From Octopus bimaculoides (lineage: Eukaryota), in the NCBI RefSeq assembly GCF_001194135.2, contig NC_068982.1:118588087-118633831 (forward strand): DNA of 45,745 nt, read 5' to 3'. Made by a program: the position numbers and the translations under genes. Below, one piece after another: positions 36,949 to 45,745 of this stretch (the stretch's first letter is position 1; the number at the start of each line of letters is the position of its first letter). The notes below the pieces were generated by a model. That model was not told the DNA's origin, did not search any database, and was given only the letters and a program-made list of their open reading frames with translations.

Positions 36949-37915
36949 ACGAAGGGTGTTGATTAAAGATTTTCTTGAACCACTTCCGGTTATTTCAGAA
37001 ACCGGAACTTCTAGAGTTATAACCATATATGCCTCTACATGTCACTTTGTGAATTGCAGCTTTCCGCTAGTATTCGTTTGTCTTTTACAGCTGCTAAAGT
37101 GGACTAATGTGTTATAATAGAGACATATGAATGCCGATGAGTGTTCAGATTCTTATACTTGAAAGGTCGTACACAAAAAGAGACTTTCAATGAGTTGACC
37201 ATGCACCATCATACGACGAATCAAGCCAGTTCATATGTGGTCGGACATCGCTGGAAACTGCTCCTATTCCTGGACGAGTACATTCCGCCATTCATAACGA
37301 CACTATCCATAAAGTGGAAGCCGCTATTTTGGAGGATCACCGCATAACTATTTTGAAATTAGCCCAAGAAGTGAATATAAGTATAGCATCCGTGGAAAAA
37401 TCCTTCTCGGGCATTTGTATATGCGGAAGTTGCCTGCCCGATGGATACCCATGATGCTCTCACCTTTTCAGAAGCAGGAACGAGTCAATTGCTCCCAGGC
37501 TGTTTTGGCAATGTGCCAAGAAAACGAGGATGACTTTTCGGCAGGCATATCACGCAGGTTCAAACAATGGTCTATATTCCACTATGATCCTGTGACTAAA
37601 GTCTAGTCGAGGCAATGACAGAATGATAACTCACCACCTCCAAAGTAGGCACGTGTCCAAACATCAGGACCGTGACAGTCCTTTGGGACACATGCGGAGT
37701 AATGATCAAGGATATTCTGGCAAAAGGCATCATAATTAACTTTTCAAAGCAGACAAGCGTGTATTGCTGAGCAAAGGAGTCCACCTCATCCAAGGCCCCA
37801 GATCACAATGCGCATGTTACTCAGATGCAATCCCACTCCTGCTGTTATGAAATTCTTCCTTATCCTCCTTAATTTCCAGAGCTCGCACCGGCTGACTTTC
37901 ACCTTTTTCTATGAA
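36949..37915 (+). mobile_element. Second mariner element (irritans-like by resemblance), degraded and 3'-truncated
   Basis: TIR-like start ACGAAGGGTGTTG. Frames give KVEAAILEDHRITILKLAQEVNIS, MRKLPARWIPMMLSPFQKQERV (WVPR-type motif), FHYDP, and YEILPYPP*FPELAPADFHLF (YSPDLAPSD-type motif). No right TIR found. Confidence 0.85.
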
Positions 37916-38244
37916 GATTATCTACCCTACCCCCACCCCGGATATTAAGGACTCCACTGTAACCATCACAGGAATGCGAACTGTGATCTTAAGAGACATG
38001 TGACGAGTAGAAAATCACGTAGTGATACATTAAAATATTTATAAATTCCATTGTTAGTATTAGTATATTTACCCTACATTAGATCAGTACAAATTCATGC
38101 AAAAAACTGGTTCAATAGTCAGTACCATAAGACTGTAGCCGGCATAATGGAATAGGACTTTATTTGCATATTCAAAAGGATTCCAGTAAAGAAATTTAAG
38201 ATATATATATATATATTTTTAACGTGACGTATCCATTACTAAGT

Positions 38245-38250
38245 TATATG

Positions 38251-38289
<39 letters not shown>

Positions 38290-38422
38290 GGGTGTATGTG
38301 TGTGGGCACGTGTGTGTGCACGTGTGTGTGCGTGTTTGTGTATGTGTGTGTATGTGTGTATGTGTGTGTGCGTGTGTGTGTATGTGTGTGTGCATGTGTG
38401 TGCATATATGTCTATATATATG

Positions 38423-38457
<35 letters not shown>

Positions 38458-38482
38458 ATGTGTGCGTGTGTGTATGTGCGTG
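38245..38482. repeat. (TG)n-rich compound microsatellite
   Basis: Direct reading. Confidence 0.9.
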
Positions 38483-38489
38483 TAATTCT

Positions 38490-39480
38490 CACAACTGCGA
38501 TGCAAATCATATACCAGCACAACATTACCGTTTGAGAAATCACTCGGATAAAGAATACAGGCCACAATTGGACATGTAAATGAACTACCCAAGAAAACTC
38601 ATAGACACATGCGACATAGTAATTCAACTGCTTGTTCCAATCCTGTACGAAACACTCGATCAAATAAACCTAACAACAGATATAGGAATCAGAATGTCCT
38701 CTGGTTCAACCCAATTTTCTGTTTGCATGTTTTAACTAGGATCGCTGGAAAATGTTTTGATGCTTTGGACAAGTGTTTTTTTTTTTTTTTAAATCTAATC
38801 GGCATCATGCTATTTTTAATCGACAAACCGTGAAGGTATCTTACTCCAACTTCGTTAATTTAGAGCAGGTTATGCATCACATAAACAACAGCAAAATGCG
38901 GCAAAGGTTCAGTAACACACCTACTGGACATAGCAAACATTTTTATCTAAATACCAACCAAAGAGATGTAAACCGCATTGATCATCAACTTCGACCAATT
39001 TGTAGTAATAGAAATACTCATGGTACTGCTATCACGATAACATAACCGGTAAATGAAGTCAGGACTGCCTTATATACAAATAAATACAATAAATGCTCAT
39101 CCAGAGATAAATCAAAATGTCCTTTGATGAATCTTTGTATAAGTACAAGTCTTGCATATAAATGTACCGTTCACACAAGGGGAGAGATCTATATTTACAT
39201 TGGGCAGACGGCTCATTAATTTAAGAATCATTATCATAAACATCTTGCCAGCTTTAAGTCAATCGATAAGAAACATTCGACATCTTTGGCAGATTTTATA
39301 TGGCGATTGAAGGAGGGTACAACATTAATTGGTCCATAATTAAACATGCACAAACATGCAATATAATTTCCAAGATATGCCGTCTCTGCTCCGAGGATTC
39401 CATGTCTATTATGTAGAGTAAGGAGAAGATACTTAATAAAATTTCTGAACGACTATCGAGACGCCTACACGCATATAAAT
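38490..39480 (+). mobile_element. Penelope-like element 3' fragment (linker + GIY-YIG endonuclease)
   Basis: RNQNVLWFNPIFCLHVLTRIAGKCFDALDKCF, HHAIFNRQTVKVSYSN, then KCSSRDKSKCPLMNLC...LAYKCTV...IYIGQT, KHLASF, STSLADFIWRLKE, YNINWSII, KICRLC, ILNKISE. Has stops and frameshifts. Confidence 0.9.
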
Positions 39481-39634
39481 ATACTTTCGCACAATGCTGT
39501 GAGAATGAACTTTGAGTAAGCATTAACTTAATGTAATTTAATTTACTTTAAGTTATGGATGACTCAAGTTTACTTTTAACCTCCACGTTTTTCTAAACAT
39601 CAGTACACCAAACCTCTCGTGTGCGTATGCTCAC

Positions 39635-39700
39635 GTTTTTGCTGACGCTTGTATGAGTGTGTGTACTCGTGACATGCAACTTGCCCGAGGGCGTTTATAC
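39635..39700 (+). ncRNA. Possible decayed hammerhead motif downstream of the second Penelope-like fragment
   Basis: CUGACGC (vs CUGANGA), 9-bp stem UGUAUGAGU/ACUCGUgACA, GCAAC (vs GAAAC), GCCC/GGGC hairpin, then GUU. Stem I is poor and there are two core substitutions. Confidence 0.3.
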
Positions 39701-39996
39701 ATCCATATCTGTTAACGGCTATTTTCAATAATTTTCTCACTGGATTATGTGTTCGTTTCTCTTTTTGTCTTCTGCAAGTTTATTCTTGGTCTTCTTTGAG
39801 GTGTCATACAAGCCTTCTTAGAGTTGAAACTCTGCACAGGCATTACTGGCCTCTGCTTGATATGTGCTGTTTTTTTTCCTATATCCTAGAGTGCACAATG
39901 TTCCTGAATGTCAGCAATGGTCATCCTTGCTCATCACACACACACACACACACACATATATATGCATGTATGTATGTATGTATGTATGGATGTGTT

Positions 39997-40031
39997 TACA
40001 GGGTGATTCAAAACTCACCATACATAGGAAA
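39997..40031 (+). mobile_element. Possible Tc1/mariner-type terminus entering N-gap 40032-40402
   Basis: TA followed by CAGGGTGATTCAAAA, a typical Tc1/mariner TIR start. The partner end is not visible. Confidence 0.3.
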
Positions 40032-40617
40032 NNNNNNNNNNNNNNNNNNNNNNNNNNNNNNNNNNNNNNNNNNNNNNNNNNNNNNNNNNNNNNNNNNNNN
40101 NNNNNNNNNNNNNNNNNNNNNNNNNNNNNNNNNNNNNNNNNNNNNNNNNNNNNNNNNNNNNNNNNNNNNNNNNNNNNNNNNNNNNNNNNNNNNNNNNNNN
40201 NNNNNNNNNNNNNNNNNNNNNNNNNNNNNNNNNNNNNNNNNNNNNNNNNNNNNNNNNNNNNNNNNNNNNNNNNNNNNNNNNNNNNNNNNNNNNNNNNNNN
40301 NNNNNNNNNNNNNNNNNNNNNNNNNNNNNNNNNNNNNNNNNNNNNNNNNNNNNNNNNNNNNNNNNNNNNNNNNNNNNNNNNNNNNNNNNNNNNNNNNNNN
40401 NNAAGAAGGCTATTAATGAAATAAAATTGAAATTAAGATTAAGAATGACATTGATAGTTTACTGTTATTTCTTGTATGCGCAAGTGGTCCTTTTGTTCCC
40501 TTCTGAAAAACTGGTAATTCCAACTCGCTGTGATAGTAGATTACTACTGTCTGTTTTTGTATATTAAATAGTGGTCAAGACTTTTTTTGTAAGAGTGTTT
40601 GTAGCCGTCGAATAACC

Positions 40618-40660
40618 AGCAGCAGTAATGATAATAACAATAGTAGTAGTAGTAGCAGTA

Positions 40661-40700
<40 letters not shown>

Positions 40701-40757
40701 CAGGAGGAGGAGGAGGAGGAGGAGGAAGAGGAGCAGGAAGAGGAGGAGGAAGAGGAG
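40618..40757. repeat. (AGT)n-(AGG)n trinucleotide tract
   Basis: Direct reading; gives the poly-Leu ORF 40575..40835. Confidence 0.95.
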
Positions 40758-41019
40758 TTGTTTCCCTATGGTTTTAATAGAAATCGGGTTCTTCGAACCC
40801 CTTTGTTTATTTCTTATGTTAACGTGAGCATCCAAGAAATAACAGTTGCAATTCTCCTGTATAAAATCTTCCTTTTATCCCAAAATGATAAATGTTAATG
40901 ATATGTCCCTTAAATGATACTGCCATGCAGTATTCACTTTCAGTTATAAGAACACTGTGGGTGGCTGATGGTCACAGGACACAATGTAGCTGTAACCCCA
41001 ATGTTACCTTGTGATATCA

Positions 41020-41136
41020 CAGATGCATGCGTGGTTATGTGGTAAGAAGCTTACTTCTCAACCATATGTTACCGGGTTCAGTCCCACTGCCTGGCACCTT
41101 GCGCAAGTGTCTTCTATTGCCTCGAGCCGAGCAAAG
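41020..41136 (+). mobile_element. SINE family B 5' half, followed by a gap and (TA)n(TG)n
   Basis: GGTTATGTGGTAAGAAGC, CCGGGTTCAGTCCCACTGCCTGGCACCTTGCGCAAGTGTCTTC. Confidence 0.88.
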
Positions 41137-41146
41137 NNNNNNNNNN

Positions 41147-41209
<63 letters not shown>

Positions 41210-42060
41210 CTGTGTGTGTGTATGTGTATGTATGTGTGTATGTATGTATATTCATGAAAATAGATTTTGTATATTGAAAGTAATGTTTATTAAGTTGATA
41301 TTCAATGGTTGTTATTGTCTGTCAAATGGATAATATTGGATCGTATAAACTTTCATACTCATATTGATTAAAATCTAATCTTTCTGAGTAAGAATTAATT
41401 GAAAATAGGATCCAAAGAAGCGAAATCATTTTTTGTAGTAACATGTCGTGTGTTACGATTTAATGAAGTGATTAAGCTGGGACACGCTAAAATATATCAA
41501 AATAGACTTCGAGTTTCGATAGGGAAATGCAAAGATAATGGGATATATAATGCACAAGAAGTTCCAAAATGATTAGTCCATGTACATGTGATGCATGCAG
41601 AAGCCATATGACATATAATGCGCTGTGTGTTGTCCAGTCTTTTACGAGATTGAAGGAAAGCTTTTGCGGACTCTGATGGAATCAATCCTTACGCTAATCT
41701 GAATAATGGAATTTCTATAGGTGATAGCATGCAGTCGGTAAATGGAGCAGTGAATTCAAAGTTGCCATGGAGAGAAACATATTCTATATTATTCTAATGA
41801 AATAAGATGAAGCAATTTTGAAGTAGTCAAGAGCTCATCTATATAGATGTGTGCGATCAAAAAAAAAATGCTCATAAACATCATCACGTGATGCCAACTG
41901 TCTGATATCATCAAAAGAATAACACACCCACGCACACACATATATGCATATAAAACACATGCATACATACACGCATACATAGAGACAGACACACAATCAT
42001 GCGTTTTTAATACCATATACACATATAAATTATTATTATTATTATCATATATATATATAT

Positions 42061-44580
42061 GACTAAGATAGGTTTCGGACAGTATAGGCCCAGGCCATGT
42101 CTAAATAGCGCAACCTGGTGAAGTCTTTTAATTACATGTGATGTAAGTAATTGCGAGGTAATGTTGTTGTGTGTACCGAGTTCAATTTTTGTGGTGGGCG
42201 GATAGTACAGGGGCCAAGTCTTGGATTGATTTTAAAACTCAGGCCAACACCATTTGGGCAATATTGATACATGTGATCTATCGATAGATGCCTCTCATGC
42301 CATCTATCTTTCCTTTTATTGACCTCTGGAATGCTTCTACTTTCATAATGAGTTGTTTCGTATAGGAGGACCACAGTGGGCAATAGTATTCAAGGTGGGG
42401 TCGGGTAAAAGTAGTGTCGAGAAGAGGTGAGGTCGGGTAAAAGTAGAGTAGAATAGATTAGTGTAGGCATCTCTAGATCGGAAAGTTCTCGGATTCCAGG
42501 CGTACATCTTGCGGGGCCAGTCAACCTTGCTGTTGACGTGGGAACTCTAGCTTAGACTGTTATCAACAATTACTCAAAAGATGACACTAGGGAAGAGCTT
42601 ATATGGTAATTTCAGAGTTTCCTCTTTACCAAAGTGGATCAAATCAAACGCATCTTCATTTAGAAGCATAGTCTTTTTTTGCTCTGCCCACTGGACAATA
42701 GCAAAGATGTCTCATTCAAAGCATATTCGGTCTCCCATGCCGGTTATGGCTTTCTGGAGTTTGGCATCATCTGCAAAGATTTTCAATGTAGAATTCTTGA
42801 TAACATCTACTATCTTGTTGGTGTAAATATCGAAAGGCAGTGGGCCAAACACAGTGCCTTGTGGGACACCTCTACTGACTTTGGCTGAGCTGGATCGTAT
42901 TCTCTCAAACACAACATGGTGGGTTCTGTTCGCCAGGAAACATTTTATCCACTGAAGCATCTTTCCACGGAATCCAATGTTTGACAGTTTCTTCATCAGG
43001 ATTTTGTAGTCCACTCTGTCAAGGTATATGACGTCAATGCTGGAGCCCTCTCCAGACGCTTTTAGGATGTCATCAAAATGGTTCAGAAGCTGCGACAGGC
43101 AGTCCCTGCCATCACAGAAACCACCTGGTTTGGGTACAGCAGATTGTTGTCTCCGAGGAAGTGAGTTATTCGCGATCTCACCACCCTTTCAAATAATTTA
43201 ATGATATGAGAAGTGAGTGAAATCGAATGGTAGTTCACAGCAGAGATTTTGTTTCCCTTTTTGAAGACTGGAAGGACAGACTGACAGACTGGAAAGAAAA
43301 TGCTCATGAATGTAGCATGCATCAAATGAGTTTCTCCAGAGCTTAGTTAAAGGGGGCGCAATTTTATTTCGACAAATCTTCAGGACCGTGGCCGGGAACT
43401 TATCGGGACTTACTGCCGAGTTGTGCTGGATCTTATCTATTCCGTTAGGATATGGTTAGTTGAGGGCTTACATCACTGATACTAGCCAGTTCAACCAGTA
43501 ACGCATTAGCGTTACTGAAGACAGAGCAGTATTTTCTCGGCTGCTGGCAGTATTTAAGTTGGTTGATTTTCTTGTTAATTCTTTTTTAAAATTTTCTTAT
43601 AATTGCTCTGCTATTTATAGGGATTCTGCACTTAGATTTGTATACTGATCTTAATGGAGTATGTTTTGCGCATATATTTGTCACAGTATCTACAAATGTC
43701 TGCCATGATATGTTTATGTTAGAAGGTGTGTGTGCGTACGTGAAGGCCCAGTCAACTTGTAAAAGATCATGATTGATCACATCCCAGTCTGCGTTATGAA
43801 GGTCCATAGTGTCAAATGGATGAAATGGAGAGACGTCACTGGATTTGATCTTTGAGTGGTAGAATCTCAGATCGCAGATAACCATGTTATGGTCTGAGAG
43901 TGGTGGCGTTTTTCCCCTGTAATATTGAGGATAGTCTCAGTGTCGCTACTGAACACTAGGTACAAGGTGTTTTTGTGACACCTTGTTGGTTCACAAACAT
44001 GTTGGGTCAGGGAAACTCATACATGAAATCAGAAAGCAATTCGATTGTTTCTTTATCAGGAAAATCTGGTTTCAAGCTGTTTGTAGACCAATCAACAGTA
44101 GGAAATTTAAAGTCCCCCATCGTTAATATGTTGTCAGCATGGCACTGATAGATGATACACTTAATGCTGTTGAGGCATTTCTTGAAGCGTAGTAAAGTAG
44201 ATAGGGGTGGCCTATAAAGTCCAGCTACTATTAAATTGTTGGTTTTACTATACACAGAACCTGTTTCATAGTAGCCCTGGGTAAATACGTCCATTGCTTC
44301 AGCCGAAAATGTATCGTGAAGTAAAATGACTGACTCACACTTTCTTCTACCGACACGATCTTCNNNNNNNNNNGACTCACACTTTCTTCTACCGACACGA
44401 TCTTCATGGTGGCTGTAAAATTCTTCAACCTCACCTCAGATTCCAAATGGAGGTTATTGAGATGGGCCACTGTGAGGACGAAGAAAGGAATGTGGTGTGG
44501 ATGGTCATTAACCCAGTCCTCAAAAAATTGGAACTTCTATTTTTGGGCATTGGTAGAAGGGCTGATGCCTTGTGCATTGA
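42061..44580 (-). mobile_element. CR1-group LINE ORF2 relic: APE endonuclease + reverse transcriptase + C-terminus + 3' tail
   Basis: EN motifs: IVAGLYRPP, MGDFKFPTVDW, SDHNMV. RT motifs: PVFKKG..VNYHSISLTSHIIKLFERVV, DVIYLD, GVPQGTVFGPL, IFADDAKL. C-terminal motifs: GVIVDNSLS, TFTRPHLEYYCPLWS. 3' tail CATGGCC...GTCCGAAAC followed by (TA)/(TAA). Many stops, frameshifts and internal deletions. Confidence 0.95.
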
Positions 44581-44859
44581 GCAATGAACACACACACACA
44601 CATATATACATTTACATATATTGTGTATTTTCAACGGTCAAACAAATAATCCATCAACTATTTGTTTAAATCATGAACAACAATGAGAAAGGAAATGAAA
44701 TAGGACAACTGCATGTGTTTATTCTTGTCATAATGACACTCACGAGATACAAATTGCAGAATTTTTTGTCACGAATTTTGCAAATATAAAACGAAAAGGA
44801 AATATTTGTGTGCATGTTTATATAAGTACATGTATCTTACTACCGGTATATGTTTCTGT

Positions 44860-44899
44860 GTGTAAATGTATATGCGTATGCACGCGCGTGCGTGCGTGC

Positions 44900-44956
<57 letters not shown>

Positions 44957-44965
44957 AGTGTGTCA
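44860..44965. repeat. (TGCG)n(TG)n microsatellite
   Basis: Direct reading. Confidence 0.95.
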
Positions 44966-45371
44966 GTGTAATTTCCGTTGATCGAGCATGTAGTGAACCT
45001 GGCGATTTTCCCTTACATGAAAGAGAAAACAAAGGAAAATATGTTCAAGATAGATTGGTGAAAACATGAACATGAACAAACGGATGTTAATGCACTTAAG
45101 CGTTTACACTTCGACGTACATCCTTCATACAGCCATACGTCTACACTGATAAGAATACTGTGTTTATACGTACTTAAGTAGACAAAATGTAGAATAAAAG
45201 TGTAAAGTTATCAGTCCTACTTGTAGAGTAAAACCTTAGTAATATTACATAAGAAAAAAGTGATCTTCACTTTTTATTGAACCATCTAAGCATGAAATCT
45301 GCATTGTTGTAATACTTTCTATTTCTTTATGTATCTATTCGTACATATATGAAAGTAAATGTATGTATACA

Positions 45372-45715
45372 GGCACAGGCAGGGTTGCGTGGGTAGAGGT
45401 TTGGTTCGTAGCTGCACGGTTCCGGATTCAATCGTATTATGTGGGACCCTAAGACATCCACATTATTCAGGGGACGACCAAAGGTTTGTGAGTGGATTGG
45501 TAGATGGAAACTAAAAGAAGACCGTCGCGTATAAATATATATGAATATGTATTTGTTATGTGTTTGTGTACATCCCCTTACGGTGCTTGTCGACTGAACA
45601 GCTGTTTCCGTAGACGAAATTTAGACTCAGCAATAGAGAGAAAGAAAAGAATACATGCCAAGCTTTAAAATGCACAAGTACTTATGTTGATACGTTCGAC
45701 TACAAATTCTCATGA
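45372..45715 (+). mobile_element. SINE family B, degraded, both halves with internal microsatellite
   Basis: 5' half ends GTGAGTGGATTGGTAGATGGAAACTAAAAGAAGACCGTCG (45530); TA/TG tract; 3' half GTGTTTGTGTACATCCCC...GCTTGTCGAC...AGAATACATGCCAAGCTTTAAAA...TTCGACTA. Confidence 0.75.
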
Positions 45716-45745
45716 ACAAGATATATATAAGTGTATATATATATA

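Noticed and set aside
36984-37007. Inverted repeat TTCCGGTT/AACCGGAA near the second mariner's left end
   Set aside because: Only 8 bp; it may be an internal subterminal motif but cannot be supported from a single copy.
41653-41805. Protein-like open frame RKAFADSDGINPYANLNNGISIGDSMQSVNG
   Set aside because: About 50 codons, preceded by an in-frame stop, with no good splice acceptor and no recognised homology.
43496-43517. 9-bp hairpin CAGTAACGC-ATTA-GCGTTACTG inside the LINE
   Set aside because: A few are expected by chance; it is not a terminator in this eukaryotic context.
44332-44405. Perfect 32-bp direct repeat GACTCACACTTTCTTCTACCGACACGATCTTC on both sides of a 10-N gap
   Set aside because: This is the typical unmerged contig overlap of a scaffolder, so most likely an assembly artefact rather than a target-site duplication.
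1-45745. Most ORFs in the supplied track (poly-YI, HT, CV, poly-I/L/S/R/D, X-filled)
   Set aside because: They are translations of microsatellites or read through N-gaps; they show no protein-like complexity.
1-45745. CRISPR array, prokaryotic operons or defence systems
   Set aside because: No regularly spaced repeat-spacer structure and no gene-dense regions; the sequence is eukaryotic repeat-rich DNA.

Overview
This is AT-rich, non-coding eukaryotic DNA from a gapped short-read assembly: 12 N-gaps, most flanked by microsatellites. The SINE families match my recollection of Octopus (cephalopod) repeats; that assignment is inferred, not database-checked. I found no recognisable host protein-coding gene, true tRNA/rRNA gene or CRISPR array, and almost all listed ORFs are microsatellite or gap artefacts. 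The window is a transposon graveyard. It holds about 17 tRNA-derived SINE copies from 4 families and CR1-group LINE pieces, one of them a ~2.5 kb endonuclease+RT relic. There are also two R4/Dong-clade RLE LINE 3' fragments, two Penelope-like (GIY-YIG) fragments, a full-length TIR-bounded D34D mariner and a second truncated mariner. The best discovery is a type I hammerhead ribozyme motif with an intact core at 31331-31423 (-), downstream of one Penelope-like fragment; it has an unusually long stem II domain and a palindromic stem III. A decayed counterpart may follow the second Penelope fragment. Other highlights are a three-layer LINE>SINE>SINE nest, a 3' stem-loop tail shared by a SINE and its putative partner LINE, and modular head/tail swapping among SINEs. 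Element boundaries were read by eye and are approximate unless stated.
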